From Promethearchaeota archaeon (GTDB lineage: Archaea; Asgardarchaeota; Lokiarchaeia; Sigyniarchaeales; SOKP01), in assembly GCA_016840165.1 (NCBI GenBank), contig JAEOSU010000041.1, forward strand, positions 1-56,220: a stretch of 56,220 nucleotides of DNA, in the 5' to 3' direction. The position numbers and the translations under genes are program-made. The notes beneath the pieces were generated by a model that was not told the DNA's origin, searched no databases, and saw only the letters and a list, made by a program, of their open reading frames with translations. Each line of letters starts with the position of its first letter. Within the stretch, counting starts at the first letter, position 1. Positions 38,388-49,013 of the stretch are shown piece after piece.

Positions 38388-39565
38388 TGGTTGAAGTTGA
38401 TGATTCATTACTTGGAAAAGAATTTCTCGAAATGGCATTTGATCGATGTATTAAATGTAGCACGTGTAAATATGGATATAAAAACTTTGATAAAATATGC
38501 CCTTCAGGGGAGAAGTTTTTATTTGAATCCTACTGGGCTTCCGGACGGATAAGAATAATACGAGGAGTCCTTTCGGGGGATATAGAATGGTCTGATGATT
38601 TAAAAGATCCAATTTTCGCATGCCCAACATGCGGAGCGTGTATCGATTCTTGTCAAGCACCTCATGCTGATTATATAGTCGATATGATAGAAGCGTTAAG
38701 AGAGTTAGCGGTACGACACATAGGTCCCGCTGATAAACAAGAGTTATTAGTCTCTCGATGTGAAGAAAACTGCAATCCTTATGGAGAGATGAATTCTAAT
38801 AATGAAGATTTAAAGAAACAGTATAATCTTCCCGATAAGGCAGATTGGGTTTACTTTATTGGATGTACAAGTAATTATCGCCAGCAATCCTTAAGAGACG
38901 CTACTTTAAGGTTCTTGAAGAAAGCGGGTATTGATTTTACGCTTATTGATGAGCATTGCTGTACTAGTCCTATGATAAGAACGGGGCAAACTAGCATTGT
39001 AAAGGAATACATGAAATATAACATTTCTCAAATTCAAAAAACAGGAGCATCGAAAGTAATTACTTCCTGTGCGGGATGCTATCGAACTTTAATGAAAGAT
39101 TTCGAAAAGTTCGGAGAATCATATGAATTTGAGGTGTATCATTCTCTCGAGCTTGTAAAAAAATTACTGGATGAAGGAAAACTTAAATTCAAATCTTCTT
39201 ATGATAAAAGAGTCACTTATCATGATCCATGCCATTTAGGAAGGCATATGGGAATCTATGAGCTGCCTCGTGAAATATATAAGCAAATTCCGGGACTAAA
39301 ATTGGTTGAGATGAGAAGAAATCGGAATTTTGCTTGGTGTTGTGGCGCAGGGGGTGGAGTAAAGATTGGATATCCTGATTGGTCTATAGAAATCTCAAAA
39401 GAACGATTGGAGGAGGCAAAAGAAACTGGTGCCGAAATAGTCACATCTACGTGTCCTTTTTGTAAGACTAATTTAAGTGATGCTAACCAAAAATATGATT
39501 TTGAATTTCAAGTACTCGATCTAATGGAAATTTTAGATCAAATAGAGATTGAAATATTAAAATAA
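38387..39565 (+). CDS. GlcF/HdrD-like Fe-S oxidoreductase (two ferredoxin motifs + two CCG domains)
   Basis: CIKCSTC..CP, CPTCGAC..C, FIGC, HCC, SCAGC, YHDPCHLGR, CCGAGGG, CPFC. ATG at 38387 overlaps the upstream TAA. Confidence 0.9.
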   Translation: MVEVDDSLLGKEFLEMAFDRCIKCSTCKYGYKNFDKICPSGEKFLFESYWASGRIRIIRGVLSGDIEWSDDLKDPIFACPTCGACIDSCQAPHADYIVDMIEALRELAVRHIGPADKQELLVSRCEENCNPYGEMNSNNEDLKKQYNLPDKADWVYFIGCTSNYRQQSLRDATLRFLKKAGIDFTLIDEHCCTSPMIRTGQTSIVKEYMKYNISQIQKTGASKVITSCAGCYRTLMKDFEKFGESYEFEVYHSLELVKKLLDEGKLKFKSSYDKRVTYHDPCHLGRHMGIYELPREIYKQIPGLKLVEMRRNRNFAWCCGAGGGVKIGYPDWSIEISKERLEEAKETGAEIVTSTCPFCKTNLSDANQKYDFEFQVLDLMEILDQIEIEILK

Positions 39566-39587
39566 AAAATGCACACTATATCCTATT

Positions 39588-41753
39588 ATGAGTAAATATC
39601 GGCAATTAAAAGATTTAATTCTCAGATTAAAAGCTCGAAAATGGTCTCCGTGGTGGAAATTACCTCGATTATGTTTATATATATTTGGTATTGTAAGTTA
39701 CTTTTGGTATTTTTGGTGTGTAATTGGTTTAGTAATAGGGTTTTTATATTTCATATTCTTCCAAGACCGCGGTTGGAGAAGAAATGGGTTAGTCCTTGCA
39801 TTCGCTATTGGGTTCATAAATGTGTTAGTGTTCTTTTATAAAGCGTATTCTCCACTTAATTTGGTTATTTGGTCAGGATTAGGTATTTTTCTTTCGTATA
39901 CTGTTCTGCTCGGTATAAACAGTCTGTTAAAAAAGAAAACAGAGATTATCTCTAAGATAAAATTAAGAATTGATAAGAAATTAATGAGGGTTCCCAGAAA
40001 AATCGGCTTCGGTTTAAAATTCATGGTTGTTTTAATTCCTATTATTTCTTGGTCTTCAGTAAATCTCGATTTTGGAGTAATGTTCGATAATAATCCACGA
40101 TTGCTATGGATCCATGCACCTTCTAATGTGAATATAGCAGAATCATTTGATGTCACGGTCGAGGCATGGGATGCGTTCGAAAGATTAAGTGCAGTTTATT
40201 CAGGTAGAGTACAATTCTCCCTTCGTTCTTATAATCTTACCAACTATAGCCTCATAACTAATCCTGTTGCAGTCTTACCTGCAGCATATACTTTCACTGG
40301 ACAGCTTTTTGGGTCAGATATTGCCTATGAAATAAAGGATGGGAAAGATAATGGTCTACATGCCTTTTCGATGCAAATTGATACTCCCGGAATTCATTAT
40401 ATATTAGTCAATGATAGTTGGACTCAAAATACGTATTTTAGCAATCCGATTATTGCGGATTCCTATGATCCTTCAGATTCCCGAATATATTGGGGTGATA
40501 TTCATACTCATTCAGAATTATCGGATGGAACTGGAAGCGCAGAACATTCATACTATTACGCAAGACAAATTGCTTGTCTTGATTATAATGCGTTAACTGA
40601 CCATGGCGAAATTATGCTTTTCAATCCTTTTTCTCTAGATAATTTAGAAACGGCAACCAATAACGCTTATGAACCAAATGAGTTTGTTACTTTTCATGGG
40701 ATTGAATGGACCAATGTGGTTACTGGTCATTATATTTGTATTTTTAGTGGTGATTCTTTATTAAAAAATCCAGTCATTTCCTATTTAACAGTCCCGAAAC
40801 CTCAAGACTTATGGAATGTGTTGGACAGTTTTACCTCTCAGACTGGAGCTAGAGCATTAGCATTTCCGCATCATACTACAAAGAGAGCATATATGGAGGA
40901 TTGGACCTATATTAATCCAAAGTATGTAAAGTTGGCCGAAGTCACTTCTGTGCATGGAGAATTTTTATTTGAACAAAGGCATGAGCTGAATTATCGGGGT
41001 GCGATTGATCCCCCACCAGAATATACTCATGGATCATCAATCGTTGATGCTTACAAAATGGGATATCGTTTGACGCTATATGCAGCGAGTGATGAACATG
41101 ATGGGCATCCAGGTCACAGTCTTAGTCATACCAGAGCTTATATAGGACATCAACGTCCATATAGTCTATGGCATACACGCAATGAGCATCCTTACCCAGG
41201 CGGAATTAGTGCAGTTTATGCTGATAATTTAACGAGAGAAGGAATTTTTAGTGCCATTGAACAGCAAAGGATTTTCGGATGCTCCGATCATGGCAGACCT
41301 ATACTTGATTTTACAATAAATGGTACTCGTGTAGGTGATGGATCGACTCTCGTTGTAGATAATCAGAGTTCTCATCGTCAACTAAATATATTTCTTGCTC
41401 AAGATGGCGCTCCAATAGGACGAAAACATATTTCAGCATCAGTTCATCCGAATTGGATTCCAAACTGGAATGTTTCACTTGAGATCATCAAAAATGGAGA
41501 GTTGTGGGATACAATACAAACCTCGAGTCCTGTTACCAATGTTACAATAATAGATACGGAATTAATTACAGGAACTTCCTTTACGCCCTATTGTGTGGAA
41601 ATCGATGGCCAATGGTATATTAACCAATATAGTGACAATCCAATAGATCCTTCTAATCTTAATACGGGAGGATTTGACTTCTATTTAGTGCGTGCAGTTT
41701 GGGAAAATGGGAGAGCTGCTTTTATCGGACCAATTTGGGTCGAATATCCCTAA
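39588..41753 (+). CDS. Membrane-anchored PHP-like metallohydrolase (DUF3604/CehA-McbA-like)
   Basis: N-terminal TM helices; YWGDIHTHSELSDG, LTDH, G.EWT....GH, PHH, SDEHDGHPG. Confidence 0.82.
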   Translation: MSKYRQLKDLILRLKARKWSPWWKLPRLCLYIFGIVSYFWYFWCVIGLVIGFLYFIFFQDRGWRRNGLVLAFAIGFINVLVFFYKAYSPLNLVIWSGLGIFLSYTVLLGINSLLKKKTEIISKIKLRIDKKLMRVPRKIGFGLKFMVVLIPIISWSSVNLDFGVMFDNNPRLLWIHAPSNVNIAESFDVTVEAWDAFERLSAVYSGRVQFSLRSYNLTNYSLITNPVAVLPAAYTFTGQLFGSDIAYEIKDGKDNGLHAFSMQIDTPGIHYILVNDSWTQNTYFSNPIIADSYDPSDSRIYWGDIHTHSELSDGTGSAEHSYYYARQIACLDYNALTDHGEIMLFNPFSLDNLETATNNAYEPNEFVTFHGIEWTNVVTGHYICIFSGDSLLKNPVISYLTVPKPQDLWNVLDSFTSQTGARALAFPHHTTKRAYMEDWTYINPKYVKLAEVTSVHGEFLFEQRHELNYRGAIDPPPEYTHGSSIVDAYKMGYRLTLYAASDEHDGHPGHSLSHTRAYIGHQRPYSLWHTRNEHPYPGGISAVYADNLTREGIFSAIEQQRIFGCSDHGRPILDFTINGTRVGDGSTLVVDNQSSHRQLNIFLAQDGAPIGRKHISASVHPNWIPNWNVSLEIIKNGELWDTIQTSSPVTNVTIIDTELITGTSFTPYCVEIDGQWYINQYSDNPIDPSNLNTGGFDFYLVRAVWENGRAAFIGPIWVEYP

Positions 41754-41968
41754 GTATTAGATTAAATATTTCTCACTTTATTTTCTTTAATCTCAAAACT
41801 TTTCAAATCAATTTACAAGTTATAAATTTTCGATATAAGAAAGTTATTATTCAGTCTATTTTTAACCTAAAATTTAATAATTTCTAAGGAGAAGCATTTT
41901 GAATCTAAAAAGCTTAGATAAAATAATAGTAATTATTCTGAAAAAAAAATTAACATAAGATCAGAACC

Positions 41969-43195
41969 ATGTTAAGATTTAGTATAAAGAATGCATTTCG
42001 AAAAAAATCTACTGCTATACTCTCAAGCGCGGGAGTAGGGATAGGTTTAATGCTAGTTTTTGTAATTGGGGCATTTACAGCGGGAGTAAATGCTCAATTT
42101 CAAGAAAACCTTACTGAAACTGTAGGACTTGTGGAAGTAGTTGAGAAAGGTAATTTAGGAGCGAATTCGCATTTACCATTAACTATCGTAGATTCTCTAT
42201 TTAATACTCCTGAAGTAGGAGATTTTATTGCAGGTTATAATGTAGAAACTCAAGCCCCAGCGACTTATACTCTTGAATATAACGATGATTTAAATAATCT
42301 TGGTGATTCTCTTACGCTTATTGGAATAAACAAAAGTTTAGATCAAGCGTGGGGAGGCCCTACAAGTAAAATATTGAACGGTAGAGCATTTAATTTAAAC
42401 GCCAATGAAACTATTATCGATGCACGCCTTCTGGAGGCAGCTCAATTTCCTGTTGATACTGGTGATGAAATTACGATCGATCTAGGATTTAGCAATGTAA
42501 ATTTAACAATTGTAGGAATTTATGATCAAGAAGATAATGGAGCTCCCGATTTTGTTCCAAGAGAATATTTTCTCTATACTGACATTCAAGATATTTGGAA
42601 TTTTTTAACTATATCAGGAGACGAAACTAACATCTATACACAAGTTGCATTGCGATTCAATGTAGAAACTTCAGAAGCCACTAATATTTTTGTAGACAAA
42701 ATTAATGAATATTCAGAATCTGGTGGATATTTTCCTATAGAAGTTTCAGCTTTTTCACTTTCTGCGTTTTTTGAGTCAATTGAAGAGACATTTGCAATAT
42801 TTGATGGATTTGCGGGAATTATCGGTTTTATTACTGTGCTTGCTGGAGGGACAGCAATAGTAGTAACTCAGTTAATGTCGGTGACCTCAAGATTAAAAGA
42901 ATTTGCAATACTGAAATCAACGGGCTGGAAAAATCGACACATATTTACAAATGTAATCTATGAATCTCTTACACTAGGATTCTTAGGTGCAGCGATAGGA
43001 CTAGGACTAGGAGCCATTTTAGTATTTTTCCTTAGCAGTGGAGGGAGTCCATTTGGAACTGCTTCAGCAATTATTACCTTCGAAGGAATAATAGAGGTAG
43101 TTGCTTATGCCCTGGGATTAGGAATTCTGGGAGGTTTATACCCGGGAATTAAAGCATCAAGAGTAAGACCTGTAGTGGTCTTAAAAGGAGAATAA
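41969..43195 (+). CDS. ABC transporter permease (MacB/FtsX-like)
   Basis: One N-terminal TM, large external domain, SV..R.KEFAILKSTGW, GGLYPG.KASRV.PV.VLKGE. Confidence 0.9.
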   Translation: MLRFSIKNAFRKKSTAILSSAGVGIGLMLVFVIGAFTAGVNAQFQENLTETVGLVEVVEKGNLGANSHLPLTIVDSLFNTPEVGDFIAGYNVETQAPATYTLEYNDDLNNLGDSLTLIGINKSLDQAWGGPTSKILNGRAFNLNANETIIDARLLEAAQFPVDTGDEITIDLGFSNVNLTIVGIYDQEDNGAPDFVPREYFLYTDIQDIWNFLTISGDETNIYTQVALRFNVETSEATNIFVDKINEYSESGGYFPIEVSAFSLSAFFESIEETFAIFDGFAGIIGFITVLAGGTAIVVTQLMSVTSRLKEFAILKSTGWKNRHIFTNVIYESLTLGFLGAAIGLGLGAILVFFLSSGGSPFGTASAIITFEGIIEVVAYALGLGILGGLYPGIKASRVRPVVVLKGE

Positions 43196-43208
43196 GGAGG
43201 TTAAAAAA

Positions 43209-43916
43209 ATGTCACTTATTACTTTAAAGAATGTAAGTAAAATCTATGGAGAAGAGCGAACCCAAATTAAAGCACTTAACAATGTAGATTTGGAAATCGA
43301 CCAACAAAAGATTGTAACGATTATGGGTCCTAGTGGAAGCGGGAAGAGTACCCTACTAAATATTCTTGGTGCTATGGATTCTCCGTCATCTGGTACGGTG
43401 ATAGTAAATAATTTAGCAATTGGAAATTTAGCGGAACGAAAATTATCTAGCTATCGAAAAAATACAGTTGGATTTATATTTCAAAGCTTTTATTTGCTAC
43501 CTAATCTCGATGTTATGGGAAATGTCCTAATTCCTTTGATTCCTTATGGAATAAAGGATAATGATCGTCAGCGTGCTCAAGAAATCTTGGATAAAGTAGG
43601 ATTGGGAGATAGAGGACATAGCAAGGTAGGCAAATTATCAGGTGGCGAATCACAGAGAGTTGCAATTGCTCGAGCCCTAATAAACAATCCTAAAATCATA
43701 TTAGCAGATGAACCAACGGGAAATTTGGACTCAGAGACAGGAAAATCAATAATTGAACTCTTGATCAAACTTGCTGAGGATGGGAAAACAATTATCATTG
43801 TCACCCACGATCCACGGATAGCTCAAGTCGTATCAGAGCATCCATTAGGCAAGAATATCTGGATAAAAGATGGTCAGTTGAGTGAAAAACCCACCTATGA
43901 TATGTATTGCTGGTAA
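43209..43916 (+). CDS. ABC transporter ATP-binding protein (LolD/MacB-like)
   Basis: GPSGSGKST, LSGGESQRVAIARAL, ILADEPTGNLD, VTHD. Confidence 0.96.
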   Translation: MSLITLKNVSKIYGEERTQIKALNNVDLEIDQQKIVTIMGPSGSGKSTLLNILGAMDSPSSGTVIVNNLAIGNLAERKLSSYRKNTVGFIFQSFYLLPNLDVMGNVLIPLIPYGIKDNDRQRAQEILDKVGLGDRGHSKVGKLSGGESQRVAIARALINNPKIILADEPTGNLDSETGKSIIELLIKLAEDGKTIIIVTHDPRIAQVVSEHPLGKNIWIKDGQLSEKPTYDMYCW

Positions 43917-44012
43917 AAATTAAGTTTTAACAAAATTTTTTCTATAAATCTTTTTTTTAAAGATTCTAATTGATTCATTGAAATAAAAAAAGAGAAAAAA
44001 ATAAAATTTTAA

Positions 44013-45116
44013 TTATATGAGATGATGACTTTCGGCATCCACTTTAATGTGTCCGGTTACCGTGGATAATGTGAAAGTATATTTATATAGTGCTGAGTTA
44101 TAGTTGCTTGATGTAAGAATTCCATTAATTCTACTGAACTCTAAAGTATTGTAGTCGTAGTCAATAGCACCTGTGGTAAATGTGCTTGAAAATCTAGTGC
44201 CAATACTTGACATATCATTGACATATACGATATTAACCCACCCTGTGGTTATTAGAAAATTACACGTAACATTAGCGCCTAAGTCTTCATATTGGATGAT
44301 ATTGCCATTTATATCGCCAGTAGTAGTCTGTAAATTTATAGAACTGTCTTGTGTAAAACTAAGATTGTATGTATTATAGATAATAGCACCTGTAGTCACT
44401 ATTCCTACAAGGTCATGGCTTAAAACACAATTTTCAAGATAAAGGTTTAACTCCCCCGTGGTTACTCCAGAACTAAAACCATAAGTATAGATTGTGTTCT
44501 GACCTATAACACTAGCACTTCCAGTGATACTTTGAACACTCAATGTTCCTTGAAAATCCGTATTGGGTGAAGTATCCAACAGAACGCCTCCCGTGGTTAC
44601 TTGTAGCAGAGTATCATTCAAAATCACATCTTCTGGAACATTCATTTTTAAAGATCCGGTAATGGTATGTGCCTTAATATCATAGACAACATCTGTTCTT
44701 AAGGTAACTATGATATCGATATTGTAACTCTTAAACCAATGGGAGGGATCGAACCATGTTTCGGGTAACACATCCATCTCAAACGAAGTTGGAGTAGATA
44801 TATTATCCCACCATTCTGTGTAAGGATTAAAAAAATCCAAATAGGTTGTCTCGGTCATAAATAAGCCTGAAACTGCTATTGAGACCTCGATTTTCGCATA
44901 ATAAGGGGTGTCTGACGAATTATATTGAATTTGAACATCACCAATATCAACATTTACTAATAATTCTTCTATAGGAGCAGGAGAGCTTGGTTCATAATAG
45001 AAATTAAAAGATTCTTGAAACGAACCTGAGGTTGCAAATCCAGTTATGATGAATCCAAGGGTTCCGCCTACTAACAATGCGCCGATAAAAATCGCAATAA
45101 TAGCTACTTTTTTCAT
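44013..45116 (-). CDS. Secreted/anchored DUF4097-like beta-strand repeat protein
   Basis: N-terminal signal/TM segment; recurring (T/I/V)TG(S/G/A/D)(I/L/V) repeats. Confidence 0.7.
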   Translation of the reverse strand: MKKVAIIAIFIGALLVGGTLGFIITGFATSGSFQESFNFYYEPSSPAPIEELLVNVDIGDVQIQYNSSDTPYYAKIEVSIAVSGLFMTETTYLDFFNPYTEWWDNISTPTSFEMDVLPETWFDPSHWFKSYNIDIIVTLRTDVVYDIKAHTITGSLKMNVPEDVILNDTLLQVTTGGVLLDTSPNTDFQGTLSVQSITGSASVIGQNTIYTYGFSSGVTTGELNLYLENCVLSHDLVGIVTTGAIIYNTYNLSFTQDSSINLQTTTGDINGNIIQYEDLGANVTCNFLITTGWVNIVYVNDMSSIGTRFSSTFTTGAIDYDYNTLEFSRINGILTSSNYNSALYKYTFTLSTVTGHIKVDAESHHLI

Positions 45117-45241
45117 TTAAAAATCACTCTTTTCATTTTTAATAATTTCCTTATTTATGATAGCAATTCATCTACAATATTTAAATCAAATTTAGACTGA
45201 TTTTTAACTTAAATTTAGTAAAAAATATTTTAATTCTACTT

Positions 45242-46144
45242 TTATAGGGATAGATTGAAGAACTTAACAGCATTCTTAACAGTTATTTCACTTACTTCTT
45301 TTTGAGAAATATTATGCGAGTAAGCAATTGCTGCTATGGAATATCTTACATTTGATGGAACATTTACCGGACCTCGTAAAAATGGATGTTGATAATAGCT
45401 GTCAGTTTCAGTGAGTAAATTTTTGAGTGGTACTTTTTCAGTATTTCTCCGCCATTTCTTATTACCATACGCAGAGCTTGGAACTGAAAACATAAAACCT
45501 TGTTTAGATAGTGGTAAGGAGTATTCTTCTGGTCCAGAAAAACAATGCCACATAACCATATTGGGACTAATATTAAATTCATTTAAGATGTTAAGAATTT
45601 CCTTTGTAGCCCCATCACCTTTATTATAGGGATGCTTTGGATTATTCTGATCCATTTCATGCTTAGCGGCGTTTCTTACATGCAAAACATATGGTTTTTT
45701 GTACTGTTTCGTTAATTCAAATATTTTTCTAAGTTCTGAGACTTGCTTCTCTCGTTTTTCAAGTGATTTCGCATGATGAAAATCTAGGCCAATCTCACCA
45801 AACGCTAAAACTTCTGCATAGCTTTCCTCGATAAATTTAGCCCATTTTTTCCATTCTCCATTATATTTATTCTTAGGGGTATAGGTGACTGTTTGAGGTG
45901 CCCATCCGCAAGTAAACCCATAATTATTTTTATCCTTTGAAAAATTTAACGTAATATTCAGAGTATGGTTATCAATAGTGCTTGCAATAAGATACTTTCC
46001 ACCCAATTCAAAAAATTCCTTGTATTGTTCCGTATCGGGAGGTAGTTTATCATTCTTCGTCGGTCTTGGAAATGGCAGATGACAATGAACGTCAATGAAT
46101 TCAAGATTTTCTTCTGGTTCTGGTATGGTTATTTTTTTTGTCAT
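45242..46144 (-). CDS. tatD: TatD family hydrolase/nuclease
   Basis: IDVHCHL, GEIGLDF, VLHVR, WHCFSG, LLTETDS. Confidence 0.9.
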   Translation of the reverse strand: MTKKITIPEPEENLEFIDVHCHLPFPRPTKNDKLPPDTEQYKEFFELGGKYLIASTIDNHTLNITLNFSKDKNNYGFTCGWAPQTVTYTPKNKYNGEWKKWAKFIEESYAEVLAFGEIGLDFHHAKSLEKREKQVSELRKIFELTKQYKKPYVLHVRNAAKHEMDQNNPKHPYNKGDGATKEILNILNEFNISPNMVMWHCFSGPEEYSLPLSKQGFMFSVPSSAYGNKKWRRNTEKVPLKNLLTETDSYYQHPFLRGPVNVPSNVRYSIAAIAYSHNISQKEVSEITVKNAVKFFNLSL

Positions 46145-46271
46145 GACTATATTCTAAGATTGGTTAAGTTTCTTTTATTAAGAAATTATTTGGAAAATTT
46201 AACTTTAAGCTTAATAGAACAGATTTGATTTAAATAAATTTTTATATAATTTCTATTAATAGAAGTTTATA

Positions 46272-46682
46272 ATGATTGATCAAATTAAATCGCTATTAAA
46301 AGAATTAGAAAGTCGTAGAAATGAAGTTCAACCAAAAATCGATAATATTGAGACCAAGCGGCAAGAGGAACTTGCTGAGGTTAACAAGAAATATGATCAT
46401 TTAGTTGATGAGGTAAGACATGAAGTTAAACATTTAGAAGAAAACGTTATGAACAAAATGATCGATATTTTTGAGGAGGTTATAATGAATGAATTTGATG
46501 CAAAAAGAAGTACAAGTGATTATATACTAACAGACAATATTAAAGATTTTAGGGATGAAATATCTGATATTGATATGTTTCCAAAAGAATTAGTTGAGCG
46601 TTTGGATAAAGCTATAAATGGTGATCCAATAGAAAAAATAGCGTATGATCTTGAGAAAATAAAGAATAAATATAAAGTCTAA
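46272..46682 (+). CDS. Hypothetical coiled-coil protein
   Basis: 136-aa helical, charged ORF. Confidence 0.75.
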   Translation: MIDQIKSLLKELESRRNEVQPKIDNIETKRQEELAEVNKKYDHLVDEVRHEVKHLEENVMNKMIDIFEEVIMNEFDAKRSTSDYILTDNIKDFRDEISDIDMFPKELVERLDKAINGDPIEKIAYDLEKIKNKYKV

Positions 46683-46846
46683 TTTTGAATGGAAATGCGT
46701 TTAAATTGAAGAATAATTTATATCCTATTTTTGTATGTTTTATATTTTCAATAATTTCTTTTTCTTACATAGAATAATTGAGAGTAATATCGCGATATTA
46801 GAATCTTACTTATCAGTTATTTTCTCTTTAATGATTAATCAATGAT

Positions 46847-47005
46847 ATGGGTTTTCTAATCATGGAACTAATAGAGGAAGAGATTGAGATATATAATTCA
46901 AAAATGCGATTATTAAGCTGGTTATATGACGAGATTAAGATTCAAAAAGATTTCTCCAAGGATGTTCTTAATGAAAAAGGACAAAAGCTTCCACTCAATC
47001 TATAA
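46847..47005 (+). CDS. Putative 52-aa small protein (alternative ATG at 46862; not in the ORF track)
   Basis: MGFLIMELIEEEIEIYNSKMRLLSWLYDEIKIQKDFSKDVLNEKGQKLPLNL*; purine-rich, coding-like composition in an otherwise empty gap. Confidence 0.45.
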   Translation: MGFLIMELIEEEIEIYNSKMRLLSWLYDEIKIQKDFSKDVLNEKGQKLPLNL

Positions 47006-47063
47006 AATTTTATTATTAAAAAAGAATAGAAATAAAAAAATAAGAAATACTATAACTGTGATT

Positions 47064-47483
47064 CTACTCGGTTATCTTTTGTTTTAATTTTTCATCCATG
47101 ATTTTTTCTAATTGCTTCTCTAACTTTTTAATGTCTTTGTCTAGTGCCTTTATTTTTGTCTTTTTTTCTTTATCAATACTGATTAGAAGGTCTTTTAAAT
47201 CTTTATCTTTACCCTTCATGTATTTATCAAATTGGATTTTTAAAGATTTTACTTCTACTGTGAGTTTATCTCTTTTCTTTACCCATTTATCTGCTTCTTC
47301 TACTGCTTCTTTTAATTCAATTTCTGCTGCATCTAATCGTGTTTTTGTTTCGTTAATTTTATTATCCCAAACACCCTCAATCTTTTTTTCTGCTCCAGCT
47401 TCCTTTTTCGCAGCATCCTCTTCAATTCGGGTGATATCATCTTTTCTATCACTTATTTCTGTTCGAATTTCTTCTTCAGACAT
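47064..47483 (-). CDS. Hypothetical Lys/Glu-rich coiled-coil protein (likely start MSEEE at 47483)
   Basis: Continuous heptad-like charged sequence. Confidence 0.75.
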   Translation of the reverse strand: MSEEEIRTEISDRKDDITRIEEDAAKKEAGAEKKIEGVWDNKINETKTRLDAAEIELKEAVEEADKWVKKRDKLTVEVKSLKIQFDKYMKGKDKDLKDLLISIDKEKKTKIKALDKDIKKLEKQLEKIMDEKLKQKITE

Positions 47484-47627
47484 ATACAGTTCCTTTTTTA
47501 TTTTACTTATTCTATTAGGCTTTGTTATGTTTATTGTGTTAAAAATTTTGTTTCTCAAATTTAAAAAGTGATTAACTATAAATTGTTTAAAATTTAAATC
47601 TTAATCTATTAAGAAAATAATTGTAAA

Positions 47628-49010
47628 ATGGATTTTTCTATGAGTAAAGAAACGATTTTAAGTGATTTAGAAGAGATTGTCGGTAAGGATTTTGCCTCAA
47701 ACAAAAAGGAGGATTTATTCATCTATTCCTTGGATCCGGGAGCATCTCTTCCAAGAGAGGTGGATTATGTTGTTATGCCTAATTCTGTTGAAGAAGTACA
47801 GAAAATAGTAAAACTTGCGAATAAAGAAAGAATTCCCATAGTTCCTATGGGAGGGGGTTTAACCTTGAGTGGATTGGTGATACCAGTAAAGGGAGGGATA
47901 GTGTTGGATATGAAAAGGATGGATAGGATAGTCGAAATCAACGAATATAGTAAATATGCACTTATAGAATCCGGAGTTACCACGGGTCAATTACTTGCTT
48001 ATTTAAATGAGAATTATCCCGATCTGCAACCACCAGTCCCCGATGCACCTGCTGCTGCCACTGTTGCTGGAAATGTGTTAATTCATGGATCAGGATATTT
48101 ATCACAGAAATATGGTGATCATGGATCAATGATAAATGGATTAGAGGTAGTTCTACCCAATGGAGATATTTGTAAAGTGGGCTCTTGTTCCCTCTCTAAA
48201 TATTGGTTTACGAGAGGTCCAATTCCTGACCTAATTGGATTATTTACTAGTTCTTTTGGGACTTTAGGAATTGTAACAAAACTTTCCGTTAAATTATTTT
48301 ATAAACCCAAATTCAGAGAAGTTGTATTTGGATTGGCAACCGATTTTGATGATCTTCCTAATATTTTGTCAAAAGTCATCGAATCAGGTTTAGCAGAGGA
48401 TGTGTTACTTGGAATGCAGGACAAACCCGATTGGATGAAGGGCTATATTTTTGTCATAGTATATGTTACCGGGGAATCACAAGATGAAATAGATACTAAT
48501 ACTAAAGTACTAAAAAAGATTTATCGTAAAACGAACGCAAGATATATGAAAACACCTCCCAGAATACGAGAAATTTATATGGAGAAACCGATTTTTGCCG
48601 CAACTGCCGCAGATTTTAGAAAAGGAGGCGGTTTTGAGTACGTTGGAGCTTTTATACCTTTAGAGAACATACCTGAAGCATATAAAGGAGGAGTGGAAAT
48701 CTCTAAAAGGCATGGTATTATTCCAACGATTGGATCACGTCTTATCGGGCAAACTCATACTGTTATGGTTTTTTTCTCATATTCTTTCAATCGAGCCGAT
48801 CCTGAGGACATGAAGAATGCGAGAGACGCTCTTCATGAAACAAATATTTTAGCGCTAGAATTGGGAGGAATTCCATGGAAGGCAGAAATAGCTGGTCAAA
48901 AGCTTATCCTTGAAAAAATGGACCCTAATTTTAAAAAGTTATTTAAAACCATACGCGATATATTGGATCCTAATCATATTATGAATCCAGGAAATTGGGA
49001 GGTAGAATAA
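47628..49010 (+). CDS. FAD-binding oxidoreductase (GlcD-like), paralog of 36912-38387
   Basis: VVMP.S.EEVQ, GGG..LSG, GGIVLDMKRM, GLEVVLPNG, GTLGIVTK, DPNHIMNPG. Confidence 0.88.
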   Translation: MDFSMSKETILSDLEEIVGKDFASNKKEDLFIYSLDPGASLPREVDYVVMPNSVEEVQKIVKLANKERIPIVPMGGGLTLSGLVIPVKGGIVLDMKRMDRIVEINEYSKYALIESGVTTGQLLAYLNENYPDLQPPVPDAPAAATVAGNVLIHGSGYLSQKYGDHGSMINGLEVVLPNGDICKVGSCSLSKYWFTRGPIPDLIGLFTSSFGTLGIVTKLSVKLFYKPKFREVVFGLATDFDDLPNILSKVIESGLAEDVLLGMQDKPDWMKGYIFVIVYVTGESQDEIDTNTKVLKKIYRKTNARYMKTPPRIREIYMEKPIFAATAADFRKGGGFEYVGAFIPLENIPEAYKGGVEISKRHGIIPTIGSRLIGQTHTVMVFFSYSFNRADPEDMKNARDALHETNILALELGGIPWKAEIAGQKLILEKMDPNFKKLFKTIRDILDPNHIMNPGNWEVE

Positions 49011-49013
49011 CTG

